64,000 bases of DNA, taken from positions 140,772 to 204,771 of the forward strand of contig JAQUOD010000002.1 of assembly GCA_028717245.1 (NCBI GenBank). The letters are read 5' to 3'. The DNA is from Candidatus Omnitrophota bacterium. GTDB taxonomy: Bacteria > Omnitrophota > Gorgyraeia > Gygaellales > Profunditerraquicolaceae. The position numbers were made by a program, and so were the translations under genes. Under the pieces are notes generated by a model. The model searched no databases, was not told the origin of the DNA, and worked only from the letters and a program-made list of their open reading frames with translations. Position 1 is the stretch's first letter; each line of letters opens with the position of its first letter. Shown in pieces: positions 27,001 to 42,000 of this stretch.

Positions 27001-30000
27001 TGCCAGGGCCGCAAAGAGGTGCTCGTAGCCTGTTCATCGGCTTAGCTTTTGTCGCGGGAGCGCTTCTTGATTATCTTGGGATCGGTCCGGTGCATTCGCT
27101 GCAAATCTATCGCGCCGGATTATTTACAGACCTAATTTCACTCGCGGCGCTCGTTGCCGGAATAGGGTTAATGATATATGCTATTTATGCGAAGATAGAC
27201 ATCGAGAATATAACCAGGCGCTCTTCCTCCAAATTTGGCCCACATCCTCTGCAGGAAGGCTTAAGGCCTTTATTCCAGAGGGTTGCTTGGGCAGATAAGT
27301 ATGCCCCGGCTGGTTTTAAGATTAAAGATATCTACGTCTTTAAAGTGCAAAAACACGGCATGGCCCCTACTCCGGCTATCTCATTTGGGATGGTTTTAGA
27401 GAATGGCGTAGTCTTAGAGCAGGCAGGGGTAATGGGAGGGATATCCAAAGGAAAATCCGAACCTGAAACCCACCCCAGCATTGATCAGGCAATTGAATTC
27501 TTCAATAAAAATGTCAGAAAGCATTTTATCGGGCTAAACGTCAGCCAGCCTGATGAGATCACCGATAAGATCATTGACTTAGATGAGCAATTCCGGACCC
27601 AAGCCGAAAACAAAGATAAACCCCGCTTCTCTTATATTGGCGCTGAGCTATCAGTAGGCATCTCCATGATTTGCTCAATTGCCTTTGCCGAAAGATTAGG
27701 CGTACCTTTAGAGATTATCACCAACTACCGTTATAACAAGTTCTGTTTAACTAAAGGCTATTCTAAAGAGCTTCGTCCCATGACTATCCCCGTAAACTAC
27801 TCTGTGGTCTGGGAAGGGGGTAAGCATGGCGTAGCCAGGCCATTAAAGGAGTTAGTGGAGCAGGGCATTATCAAGGATGCCTCAGAATTCCCGGATAAAA
27901 ACATAAATTTAGCCATGATCCCGCCGCAGGAAGTGCAGGTTATGGCCTTTACTCCTACCTGGCAAGAGGCAAGAGAGATCGCTATCCGGCTTACCGAGAA
28001 ATTCCAAGCCCTCTTAAAGAAAAAAGGGATTGAGATTAAGTATAAGTATGGCGCTGAATCCGGCTGCACTACTGAGCAGACCTATACCCAGGATGGCCGG
28101 CTGATTACCTTAGAGTTAATCCTGGATATCCTGGATGAGGCACGTAAGGCATTAGGGGCTGATGCCAAGTATGTCCGGTATGCCTTGGATATTGCCTCCT
28201 CTGAGATGTATATCTCCAAGATTGATAAATATTATATTGGCCCATCTTCTGCCGGCAATGAGAGCGGCTTAGTGACCAATGAAGAGTTCACCCAGTATAA
28301 ATTAAAACTCTTTAAGCGCTATCCTTTTATCTCTGTAGAGGACTGGGCTGATGAATCTAAATTAGAACACTGGCTCTCCGGCAAGGCGATTATGCCTTCC
28401 ATGATCCAGATAGGCGATGATAATGTCGTCTCCCGCGCAGACTTAATCTTAAAATTCAAAGACGTGATTAATGCCCATCTACAAAAACCCAATCAATCCG
28501 CAGAAGAATTGGCCATGATTCTGGCTGTAGCCACCAGCCATAAACTGGGTAATGTCGTGGTCTTTTCTCACCGCAGCACCCGGCCTGAACTGGAGACCTA
28601 CACCGCGCAGACAGCTATGGGTATGGGCGCTTTTGGAGGCAAATGGACTCTCTGGGGCGCTGGCCGGGGAGGCCTGATTGCCGCTACTAACCAGGCTGAT
28701 GAACTCTATAACCAAGGCCCTTACAAAAATGTAAAGCTTCCTTATCAGGGCGGGCTGGCCTTAGACCCAAATGGCCCGTATAAAGATTATGGTTGGGCTA
28801 AGAGGGTGAGAGAAGAGATTGCAGACCAAGAGTTACAGTTTAGGAACGAGCAGGGTAAGAGCAATTATCCTCTGGACTTAAGGAGAGAGGCCCCGGCCTT
28901 ATTTGAGCTGGCAAGAAGATTCCGCCTGCCTATTTACTCTAAGCTAGATGAGACAATTTACGTCTGGGATGCGGATGGTGTAGAGAGCGCCCTTCAGGCA
29001 AGATATGCCCAGGGTCAGAATGACCAGGCAATGATCTCTATTATTACTATCGGCCAAGACGGCATGCCTAAGTCAAGATTAGATAAGGGGGGGGCGGTAT
29101 TAAATATTAATTTTAGAAAAGACAGGCAGATACAATGGGTCTCCGCTATAGTTGACCCTAATTTTAATGCCTTCAAAGTTACGCCTCAGGCAAAAGATAT
29201 AAGTATCACCGGCACGGTCCAGTATGTCCCTGAGCTGGCGCAAGAGAGGGCTATTTTAGCTGATACCATAGTAGAAAATAGTTTAGCGCAAGTCTTAAGC
29301 CGGGAAGGTATTCATACCGTATATTTGTTTGATGCGGAAAAGAGCGTTTTTAGGGCTGTGGTTAAAGGCGGTAGAGAAGAACTCTTTAAAAATGAGGATA
29401 TAGAATATGCTTCCATCTCCATGCCGGTACTGATGAACCTTGAGCAGATAGGAAAATACAAGCCTGATGAATATAAGCAATTGGATAAAGATAAATATGT
29501 GGCTTGGTTTTATGGCCCGCTGCCTCAAACTGAAGAGTTAAAACAAATACAAAATAGAGACTACCGCATGTATCCGGCATTAAGCATGTTCGTTTTAGCC
29601 AGGGCAAATATAAGAAAGATTCAGACTGCCCGGCCCGGGACGCACGGTTTTACCAATTTATCCGCGCTGGATTTAATCGGCCACGTAGCCAAAGAGGACA
29701 TAAAGAAGATCACCAAACTCTTTGTAGAAAGGCCCGACGGCACATTTGAAATCAAAGAAGGAGACGGCTGGGCCTGTATAATGGAGTGCCTGAAGGTCGG
29801 CGATACCTGCGTAAAGATGATACTAGAGGCAGTAGAGCAAAAAGAAGGGGTGCTCATTCTCTACGGCGACCACGGCTCTGTAGACGATACCAGCCAGCCA
29901 GGCCATAGCTTTAATAATGTGCCGATATTTATTATTGATTTTAAGAATAAACAGGTCAAATTAGTCAGGCATAAAGGTAACCGAGAAGATACCCAGGCAG

Positions 30001-33000
30001 ACATTGCCGTAACTGTCTTGCACATTTTAGGGATAGCCAAGCCCGAGGAGATGACCGGCAAGAGCCTCCTACCGGATGATTATGTGGGCGCTAAAGAGAG
30101 GATTGTCTGGGAGGTCCTCTTAGACGGCTTTGGCCACACTGATTTTGCTGATCCAAAAAATGCCTTTGGCCCGGCAATCAAGCAGGGCATCATACCTACG
30201 ATTAAAGGATTATATGACCAAGATAACTACGCTATCCTTAAGGCCGCAGGTTGGTATGCCGGATTAAGAGGCGGCAGACAGGAAGATTTTAGGCCCGAGG
30301 AGATAAAGAACAGGGAGACGATGTTAAAAGGGGTGGCCCAGGCTGCTGAAAGTCTTAAGCTCCCCATAAAGATTATTTATTATGATTACCGTAACATCCC
30401 TGAGGCAACTAAAGCCTACGATTATCAGGCAGGTATAAAAGAGCTTCGGGAGAGCCCGTTCTTAAATGACAAAGATTTTGTCGTCAAGACGCTGGATAAT
30501 GAAGTTAATGTCCTTTGCCTTGACCCGGCGCAAATGGGCTCCACTGAATATAATACCTGGACTATAGGCGCAGGCCGCATTGTCAAGCAGTCCATTGTCG
30601 TCTTGGATGAGCAATTTATTAGCGGGGAAATCTGGGGAAATCCGGCCTTAAAAAATTATCTTGCCTTGGCTAAGAAACAAGGCTATGCCCACATGGTAGG
30701 CTTATTGCAAGAAGCCGGGGTGCATGCCTCAGCCACTCAGCTTTACTATCAAAATAAAAATTTCAAGAAAAATGGCATAGAGAGTCTTATGTTTGACTTA
30801 GGCAGTGACGGAAGAGACGAAGGGCCGAGGGATTGCCTAGGTCGCGTGCGCCAGCTTAGGGGAGCGCTTAAATATTTTGGCATAACAGATTATACAATCA
30901 ATATCCGCGGCAGAGAGATATGTTTTGACCGGGCTAAGAATTGGAAATTGACCGTAGCCTTTATTAACGAGCTTGTATTTGGCAGCCGGCTTGAAAAAAG
31001 AGCGCTGCAATCCGAGGAGCATAGAAAAGACAATCCCGGCTTTATCAAAGGCATAGCTTTATTAAATATGCTCTTAGTATTATTCGGGCTGGGGATTGTA
31101 GTTTCGTTATTGTTAGGTGTTTTTAAAAATGACATGCCTGTCCTTGCTGGATTGCCTCAGGGGTTTTTAAACTGGTTTGTACCAATGAGTGGGGTTGGTA
31201 TCAGCGCATTGATATTCTTGGTGGGGGTGTTAAGGGGTAGTCAATTCTTTGACAGCAGAACCTTAGAAAAAGTTATTCGCAAGCTCTTTGATATTGCTAT
31301 TGGGAAAACTGCGGGAGATAAAGAATATGCCGGGGGACTTTTAAAACAAATAGCAGAGAAAGTTGATAGTGATGATGTATCGCTGGGAGTGCGGCAAATA
31401 GCTGTTGGTTTGTCAACGCTGGAAGGCCTGGTTAATAATAATCCCCCGGATAATAAAAAAATAGGCTCCATTCTTAATATTGTTAATAACAGATTTACTG
31501 AAGGGGTAGAGGTCATATTAGATAACGAGAAATTATTAAAGATATTGATTCAAGCAATGAGCAGAGACAAAGAGATAAGCTATCAGATAGACTATGTATT
31601 GTCTTTTGAATTAGGCCTGGGAGAGAAGCTACGTGATAAAATCAGGCAAGCCACAACTTCTTCCGACCTCGAATTAAAGGAATGCGCCCAAAAACTGTGG
31701 GAGGAATTTGTAGAAGATACCAACAAAATCATAGATACAGATTTAAAAAGAGGCCGGAATTGGCAAGGCGCCATGGACACGTATTTGGGGACGGCTAATG
31801 ACGAAGGCTCAAAATTTTTATTAAAGAGGTTATTAGAGCCCAAAGAAGATCTTCTTGTGCAAATATACTCATATTTATGGCAGGTCAAAAGATTTAAAAT
31901 ATTTCATCAACATCTTTTGCAAGCTATGCATTCATCGGACGAAGAATTAATTAAGCTGGCTAAGAGTGTATTTGATTCTTTTAGTGAAATGATTACTAAA
32001 GATATAAGAGTAGAGGTAGAGATAGATATGAGAGATTACTACATTGATGCCATTAAGATATATCTTGATTTTCCCAATGGCCCTTCTTTAGATTATCTAA
32101 AGAAAATGTTCAACCAAAACACAACATATAAATTGGGAATACGTAATGCTATTATGAGTATATTATTGAGTAGCGAAGACGCAGATTTGCAGGCAGAAGC
32201 AAAAAAGTTATATTATGAACTTTTCCCAGAACCCGACACAAACAGCGACCACAACCTGCGCCTTGATACGCAGCGCCTGGCTGGCCGCATTTTAGAGGTT
32301 GTTCAAAAAAATAATATTTTCTTAAAGGTATATAATGAAGCCTACAAAAATAATTTAGAATATATTCAGGAACTCCATGGCAACAGGGGCCCGCCAACCA
32401 AAGTAGAGAAACGCTTTGCCCGCACTAACCCCATTGCCCGCGGCCTTACCCCCGATGGAGATATTAACTGGCTCATCTCCGCTAAATTCAGAAAGTTCTC
32501 GCCCAAAGTGCTCGCCTCCATTAAAGAACACGAATCCGGACGCACGGAACTACAAGGTTTAATCAGGCAGTATAATCAATCCCGGCAGAAAAAAATTTCT
32601 CCTATAACGAAAGCCTTTTCTAAAGTATTTAATCCGCAAAGCCTAATTATCTCATCATCCGTTATTTTTATCTTAGCTTGTTTAGGTATAATAATCGGCA
32701 AACTTAATGCTATGGGATTATTTGTTATCTCAATATTAATGGTGGGGATGGTTACGACAGCCCCCTTGATGCCTTCCCGCGATTGGATGGAATGTTCCCG
32801 GCAAATTGAAGCATGGGTAGGTATCAATACCGCTGAAACTAGAAGTTTGATTATATCCATGTTCAATGACCCTGACCGTACGGTAAGATTAGCGGCAGTT
32901 AACGCCTTTAATAAAATTAAAGACGAGCGGGCTGGCTTTGGGTTGTGTCAAATTATAAAAGACACCGATGAATATTTTCAAGTGAGGGCAGCGGCTATAT

Positions 33001-36000
33001 GTGCATTGGGCAATAATGCCCAAAAAATAGACGGCCGGGCCAAAGAAGCACTTGAGGCAGCAGTATTGGGCGGTTCTTTAATCGCAGAAAAGATTGCTAT
33101 TGCCCTTAGGCAGATAGGCGACCCGGAGGGTTTAGTTATACTTAAAAAAATATCTATACCAGCAAATGAAGATAGATTAAAAAGGCTGGTTAAATTCGCC
33201 AGAGATAAATTGGAAGGGAAGTCTATTGAGGATAAGCTTATAGCTTTTGCCCAAAAGTGCACAGGTAAAGATTTGGTTACTACCACAGCCAGCGAGTTAT
33301 TAGGAGAAGATTCCAACGACCTCTATATATTTCCGGGAGATTTTATTATACCCGGGTTGAATATAACTCCAGAGGGGGGTTATGATCCTGACTTGTATGT
33401 CGGTAGGCGCCAAATTAGTGATGGCCTAAAGATTGTTTATGAGATGATTCTCGCAGCAAAAGAAGGCAAGATTGTCGGGCAACGTTATTATCAATTCGAG
33501 TTTGCTGGTGATGGGCAGCCACCCTTGGTAAGGTTTAATTTTATAGTTGTGGATGAGGCTTATAGGCGCCAAGGCATAGGGAGAATACTGATGGATTTGT
33601 CCGTTGAGAAGGCGCTTGCATTAGGATGCACAGAAGAAGCGGATTCTGGCGTGGCTAATACGTCATCAGCCGAGGGTCTTCATAAGAAATTGTATGGTAT
33701 GAATTCAATTCCTTTGGGAGAATTTACCTTTCCTTTAAAGTTAATTCAAAACAATATAAGAAAAAATTTTAGGGAGGTAGCGGCGAGAGAATGGCAGATG
33801 AGTGGTAATCCCGCACTTTTTATCCTCGAGAGTATGCCTAAGGTAGAGGAATTCGTCAAAGAATACCCGGATAAGGTACTTAAGATATCCAAGGCATTTT
33901 CGCAGCGATTGGGCATAAGCGGCTTAGACGTCGAATGCGCCATAGCCAATTTTCTACGGTATTTCGTGTTTACGTGCCGGTTTACCGATATCTATAAGGG
34001 TTCTTTGGAAGGGGTGCTTGATGCCCTTATTGCTTATTCGGATCCGGTATTGCGAGAAATGGTAGATATATTCGGCGAGCACTTTAATTGGCAGCAACAC
34101 CATGTGGAGAGTTATTTCCTAAGATTCATCGAAACCGAGCAGGCGCGAGATTTTATCGCGAAGATCAAAGAGATAATCGCGCAAAAAAGGAAAAATAAAG
34201 AGGCGACCATAAACATCCTTATTCCCGCTTGTGCTTTCGGCCAGGAGATGATTACTTGGGCCTGGTACCTCAAGCAGAATATCGACCCTTCGGTTTTGAA
34301 AGAATTTACCTTTATATTCATCGGAATAGATAAGGAAGAAGTAGTGAAAGTAGCTAAAAGGAAAATGGAGTCAGGGTTCGATATTCTTTCGGCGTTGAAG
34401 GTCGATATGAGGGTAGACCAGTCAAAAAAACAGATAAAGAAAATCCTGGATTTAAAGGACGAGGTTAACAGTAATCTTGCCTATTACCGCAAGAAGATAG
34501 ATTTTGTTGCGGACACACTTCCTTCCGATAAGTTCAAGAGGATGCTTCAGGGCGCGGATCTGGTGATCATCAATAATCTGTGGGAATATCTGAATTACGA
34601 ACAGAAATGGGAGTTCGCAAAGATGCTACGCGCAGCGTTAAAACCTCGCGGGCATTTGCGTATTGTAGGCAACGACCTTGCAGAAGGCAGTTTCCGGTGG
34701 TTAGTCACTATTCCTGCTCAAAGCGTTGAGTCCAAGCAGGGGCCTCCGGTTTTTTGTTTTACCGGAGGTATTGTTGAGTTGGGAATTTTAACTTTATTAG
34801 CGCAGTCATTGGAGTTACCTTGGACACTTACCGTTAGCGCTGGTATTCTTGTAGTAATAGGAGGCTTATTCGCCTTCAAAAATAGGCATCGGATAATGGC
34901 TAAATTGAGAGAAAAATTCAAACGCCAAAAATCTTCTCCCCCAACGAAAGCGGTTGTTAGGCAAGAAAGAGAAGATTACTTCCCCAGCGAAACTCTTGCT
35001 CTAATTAATAAAGGTTTGCGAGACCCATCGGTTCGCAGGGAATTAAAAGAGGCTTTAAAGAAAAAGGATGCTCGTCAGAATTGTATTTATCCGGGCGACA
35101 GATGGGAGGCTTATTTAAATGGAGTTAAAGGCAGGATAATCAGTTTTCAAGTAATTTATCCTCTGCAGGGATTACCTCAGGTAATTATAGGGGAAGACAA
35201 ATATATTATAGCCGGCCCTTCAGAATTAGAACAAGCAATAATTGCCGAAGCGAAAGGAGAAACTACGCTCCGGTTTACTTCCAAGGTTCCTTTAGGCGGC
35301 CCTTTAAACCTTAAAGACATTTCAGTTTATAATACAGCCTCAAAGGAGGTTTTGGATTTGGCTTCTTTCCTTAATACATTCGCTCCCGCGCCGAGTGCCG
35401 CAAAGGGTGAACTGAGCCCTATAGAGAGCATAATGAATGCCAAGCCGCGCGGTGTAATAACGAGAGATAGAGTAGGCGAATTCTATCCTCGCCGCTTAAA
35501 CATTTATTCGTATTGCATTAATCAGCGCTGGTTGATTACAGGTTATAACGGGAAATATTTTCCCGGGGAAGAGCCCCTGGTTTTTTATAAGGTTATTTCA
35601 GGGGACGTATCAGACATATTTTCTTTCCATAAACTCGCAGAATTAATTTCTAACTGCGCATATAGTGAACCAAAAAGAGACGGGGAGAGGGTTGCGCAAC
35701 TATACCTTACAGAAAGAAACGATGGATTGTTGTTTATCCCTAGAAAAGAAATCGATTGGCTTAATGCCCGCGGAGCCCTTTTAGAAGGATATTTACTCCT
35801 TCAGGAAGCACATCCACTTAAGCAGGGACCAATAAGAGAATCATTCGGGCACTATTTTATTATTAAAGGAGCCAAGAATTATAAAATTGAAAAAGATAGG
35901 AAAAAGAAGGTTATCTCGCGGTACGAGCGGAAGGCACCCATAGAAAATAATCCCACTATGACCCATAAAGGCGCTATGGTTTCGGCCATAGTTACTATAA

Positions 36001-39000
36001 TTCTTGCAGCGTTTGGTTTCCGCTTAGGCCTGCCGCAGAAATTTATTTTATCCGGGGAAATAGTGGGCGCATTATTTTATGCTACAAGCTGCATAGTTAA
36101 GGTATATGAGCTCGCCTTAGGTGCGCATCCAACCCGGGCCGGGCCGGAAGGAGTTATCGCTACACCGGAAGAATTCTATGTGTTAGAGGCAATAAAAGCA
36201 CGCATCAAAGAATCCGGTTCTTCCTTGACTAAAGCCTTGTTCTGTTTCTCCGCTTTACCTTTATATATTCTTTGTCCTTTTATCTCTATCCACGAAATTA
36301 TCGGGCACAAAATCCTAAGGATCTCAAAGAACCAAGACTGCTTTGCCTATATTCTTCAGTGGTTATTGAGTTTTGCCCTTATCTTCCTATTCATCAGTGA
36401 GTTACCTTTAGCGATTGGGGCGGGCGTGGGCTTTATATTTGTAGGAATGGCTTACTCCGGGCTATTCGGGCTGCCCCGCCACAAAGAATTATTAGGGCAT
36501 TTATCCCAGATTAAGGGATTCAGGAATAAGGATTTCTCTTATGACAGATTACGGGAGAAAGTGCGCTTCCTGCTTTTATATAAAGGTAAATCAGAAAATA
36601 TAGTCCATACCTTTGTTTTTGAAGCAACAAAAACGATGGCAGGCGCTGTATTACGGGGCGAGAAATGCCGAAGCCAGGTTTTAGGGCTGGCAGGCGCGAT
36701 ATCCGGCCTTTATGAAATAGTTATAAAAAGAGGGACTACTCTTGAGAGCGTCAACTTAGGAAGGCTTTTGGCAGTGCCGGAGTTTGTATGCGATAACGGC
36801 GTGGTTTTAAAAGAGTTTGACGCAATGAGCAGCAATACGGCCTTTGAATTTAAATTCCATCTTAGTTTGCGTAAACTTTATCAGCAGGTAATAGGCGTGG
36901 ATTCGGCGTGCCTGCCCCATCTGAAAGTATTGACTGTTTATCCCAGATTCAGCGGAATAAGAAATTTAGTGTATTTCGGAGAAGCTGATAACGGCTATGT
37001 AGTTAGGGCAATAAATGATTTTGTTAAAGCCAGGCCTCAGTTCGCGCGAAAGCTAACGGTTACCCAAAAAGGAGGCGTGTCTATAAAATTAAGCTTGCCT
37101 GAGATAAAAGAATTCCTCTTTTGCGAATCTACCTTGGCGCTCGCCCGGCGAGAGGAGAAAGCATACAAACAAAAATTATTTACGGATAATTTTAAGATGT
37201 ATCGCCAGGAGATGGAAAAAATAATAGATGACAAAAAAGGACAACTCCAAGGGAAAAAGTTTGATGTGATTATTGCGGTAAGCAATTCTAGAATAAGCAG
37301 AGCTTCTCTAAATACTGTTTTACCCGAGGAAAGAATAATTTCTCTTAGAGACATCCTAATAAAAGAACTTGGGCAAGGTATCCGCCAGGGCCTAAGATTT
37401 ATGGATTTAGGAACCGGTGATGGAGGATTTTGCTGTGAATTTAAGCTTTTTCTTCACCATAAACTTGGTATACCTCTTAATAGTATAGCCGGTATCGGCG
37501 TTAATGATAATACTAAAGATGGTATTGACCCGGGGTTTAAAGATGATGGCGCAAACTTGTTATTTATTATCAGTAAGGTAGAAGATTTGCCGGAACAGGC
37601 TCCGTATCTGCAAGATAAGTCCATAGACATTATTACTATCAATGCGCCGTGCTTAACCAACAATAGCATCAACTTTCCTCTTTGGTTAGAGGCGGCAAAG
37701 CGTTATTTAAAAGATAGCGGCCTGGTTCTTATAAGGCTTTGTTTGTGGTTACCTGGCTCCGACCAGGATGTTCCTGAAGAAGCCGGGCTTGGGCTAGCTC
37801 TGGAAGAATTAAAAATCTTAGAAAGCGCTTTAAATAAAGATTCCGGGCTTATTTACCAAAAATTCGCACAACTTGATTCGCCGGATTACCCGCGGGGCCA
37901 ATATTGGTTAGGCCCGCTTGTGCTGGTTAAAAAAGCTTCAGCGCCTTTTAAAGAATGGTATCCAACGGGAAGCATTCAAAACTGCACCCCGAAGGATTTG
38001 ATTAAATACGGCTCTAAATTAATCCTAAAAGGCTTAATCAGAAAAGGCAATATAAGGGGCGGTTTGTTCTTGGAATATCTTGCGATGCGGATTATTCTTG
38101 CTTTTATCAAGGAATACGGCTTGATTAACGGCCCTCCTTTTTGGATGTTCACCCGGTCTGTTGCTAATAAGGAGATTGCCAGTATTAAGGAATTAGAAGA
38201 ATTTGAACCTGCCGCAAAACACCTGCCCATAGAACTCCAAAATTCCATTGTTTTTGACCACGAAGAAGCCCATCGCCAGGGGAAAAATGAAGAAGAGGCA
38301 TGCTTAGCCCAAACCCAGAGATGGCGGCAGGCAGGTATAGAGGTTATAAAGCTTTCATTCCCGTCGTTAGATAAACCTGTGTTGGCTATTTTTGATGTGC
38401 ATGGAGTCTTACTTCAGCCGACATGGAGGCAAGAATATGCCTTGGCTTATTGCCGGCTTACGGGAAGAACTGAAGATAAAGGGGGGATTAGGTGGGTTAA
38501 TCAAAATGTGATTCATGCCTCAGGGGAAGAGGTTATTCGTTTGTTATCTCAAGCATCCGGGAGAATAGAGAAAGAGGCTTTGGAGTGCCTTGCTCAAGCA
38601 CGAATAGATTCAAGGAGAACTAGTGTCCCTCTGGCTATGCCCGGTGTCTTGGAACTTATTAGGGCGCTTTATGAGAGAGGCATACCCATTGTGATTACGA
38701 GCGGCTCAGAACATTCTCTGGTTATTCGTCAGCTTAAAGAGCGCGGTTTCCTTGAGTTTATTCCTGAAGAGATGGTTATCTGCGCAGACGATATTTCGCT
38801 TTCTACGCCAAGCAGAAATGGCAAATCGCGATACCGGGATTTGGTTATAGAAAGCCTTAGGCACCATTTCCCGGGATATACATTTTTGTTTTTTAACGAT
38901 TGGGTTGAGGGCATTAAGGCAGTGAAGGAATCAGGCGGCATAATTTTAGGTTTGCCTCAAGGAAAAGGCCGAGAGAGAACGTTTAATCGCGAGGCGTTAA

Positions 39001-42000
39001 TTAAAGAAGGAGCTGACATTATTCTTGATGGCTGGCGCAACTGGCAGGGCCTTTTAGAGATATTGCGCCTTCAAGGAGAAGCCCAGAAGCCTTTTAGGCA
39101 AAAGGATAGGATAGAGGCCAGGATTTATTCTGATACCCCAGCGCTTTTAGAAAGGTTTAATTCGCTTTTAAATATTAAGAAAAGCCTCTCAGAACAGAGC
39201 TTAAGACGGATGTTTCCTGAGATCTACGGTTATTTATACCAGCGCTCTGAAGAGATGAATTTTGATGCCGAGAAAGCGCCCTTTGCAGGGGAAAGGAATC
39301 TTTCGCTAACGAAGCATATTCTTGAACGTGGTTTTGGCAGAAAACTTTTAGGCTTAGAAACAAAAGACATAAAACTCTTCCAGGATGAACCCGGTATTTC
39401 CAAGGAAGAGTTTAAAAAACTTTGCAGCATAGTCAGGTTTCTTAAAGAAAATAATCTTCTTGCTCATCTACGCGCGGCCTTCCTCTACCATGATGCGGCT
39501 AAAGCCGGCCTTCCTGAATTGAGGAAGGAATGGCAGAAAATCGAAGGGATAGATTTTAGGATTCCCAATAAAGCAGCCGGCCTTATCTTGCGCAATAAAG
39601 TTTCTTCCGGCAGTTGGCAGAAAGGCCTTTTTGAAAATATTGAGTTGTTTAGACAGCATCCTTACAGCCAAATTCTCAATGAGTTCTTTTACCGTCTCAT
39701 TGAGATGCGCGGATTCCCCGGGCAATGGGTAAGAGGAGAGGTATCTTACGATGTTTTTGTTGATTTTACAAATTGGGTCCGGGCAAATTTATCCGCTTTG
39801 TCCGAGGCAATTGGCTGTAAAGATCAAATAAGCGCTGCCGGAATAATAGCCGGTATCGTTTATCTCTTTAATTTCCTGGATACCGCTAGCCTTCGTGAAG
39901 GATTGATGACCACTCGTCTCAACAGGCAATTTGAGGAATTCTTTATGGATATGTACCGGGTGATTAAGCCCGAAGGAACAGAGTTTAAAACAAACTGGCA
40001 GGATATTCTTATTGCGCGCTGGGGGGACCTTGCTTCTGTTGAGGCACAAAAGAAATATCTAAAGGACCGCTTAGGGCGTTTCCGCCAGGAAAGAAGAGAT
40101 TTGGGCGAGCCTCTGCATGAGATAGGGCGGGTTATAGATAATTTGAGCCTTGATGCCGCCAGTGTTCTCTTTAGCGACTTACAACATTTCCAAGGTTGGT
40201 ATGTGGAAAGCGCCACTTTTGGATTACGGGCTGAGACTCAAGTAAAGGTTATTGCGCTTGCTTTAAATATGGCTAAGAGAAACAAAGTGAATATAAACGA
40301 ACCTTTCCACATTAGTTTCTTTGATTTTATGCATATACTCTCCAGCGGCCGGCACCAATTTGATTTATATAAAATCAGGATTATTGAGTTCCTATTACGC
40401 GATATAAAGTTAGAAGACTTAATTTTAAATCCGCAGGCCTGCGCGGCTTTTGACCCGGAAACTTTAACCCAAGGCCAGGAACCTACATTTGGGTGCGTAG
40501 AAATGGCCATAGAGGGCAGGAAAGCTATTTCTTTTGATTTTAACTTTAGCGAGGAAACAACCAGCCTCTTGGCCCTGGTGCATAAATATGAATTAAGGGA
40601 CTCTATTAAATTCCAGCAGGCGCTAAAAATGCTGTTAGACCTGTATGGAATTCGTATAGACGGGTTTGACCGGGTTAGTAACGAACTTCTTTATTTACAG
40701 GCAATGGAATCTGCCATGCCTGATAAGGCTCGGCTTTTAAATCACGGTAAAGGTAAAGTTTGGGTTGATGTTGGCCCCGGAGCTGGAGGGACGCTGGAGA
40801 TAGCCGAAGGGTTAAAGAAATCCAGAGGGATAGAAAGAATAGTGGCGATAGAGAAGTCCCAGGCAGCATTTGAGAAGTTACAGCAACAAATAGCCACGAA
40901 ACATCTTTCTGCCCAGGCGGTAAAAGACGAAGCAGCTAATCTTTCTCGCATCCTAAGGGAAATGGATATTCCGGCAGTAGATACAATTATATTCTGCTCG
41001 ATACTGCATGAAATATTTAGTTATCCGGGCAAAGACGGTAGAAACTTTAATATTGAGTCGGTAAAGGATGCTTTACGGGCAGCCCTTTTGTCTTTGTCCA
41101 GTGGTGGGCGCATTCTTATCCGGGATTGGCCTATGCCGGAAGATGGCGAGGGAATACAGATAGTTGAGTTAAGAGGTAAAAATAATAAAGAAGCATTTGA
41201 TTACTTTATTCAGAATTTTAAAGGTAGGGATTTATCAGGGGCCTATGAAATTATTGAGGAAAATTTAAAGAATGAGATATGGAAGATAAAAATGTTGCGT
41301 AAAGACGCGATGGAGTTTCTCTTTAAGTTAAGCTGGTGCTATCGCCCCGAATACAGCCCCATCAGTTTAACATATGAGGTAAGAGAGCAATACGGTGTGT
41401 TTACTCGAAGCGGGTATATTAAATTGTTTAATGATATAGCCCAAGAGCTAGGAATTACCGTAAAAGAAGTCCCCCTGGCTTTAGAAGAAGAGTCTTATTT
41501 ACAGCGGGGTTACGTTGATAACTTGAAAGGCAAGGCGCGGCTTTTGAATCTGGAAGGAAAAGAAGTCCCGCTTCCTGACAGCAATATGATGATTGTCATA
41601 GAGAAAGTTACCGCGGTAGAACCCTCCGGCGCGCGGGAGGATAGAGCACAGAATGAGGAAGGTTTAATCAATAGAGTAAGTAATTTTATCCGGGGCATAA
41701 ACCCCGCCTTGCAGAAGATTCTAAGAGAACACGAAGCTGGGTATGACGGCAGAATTCCAGAAACTAAATTATACAAATACCCCTTTGTCTGTGAGTTTGC
41801 TTCACAAGTTGAGAAAGAACTATTGATTAAGAAGTTTGGCAATTTAATAAAAGTTAGGGTAGTACAGGGAGAAAAAAGAACTCTTTCTCAATCTCACCCT
41901 TTCGATCCTCACTGGTGGATTGAGATAGATTTCAGTAATGTAACATATTACCTAAGTTTTACAGATACCCAGTATTATCCTTTTGAGGACGGAATCAAAT

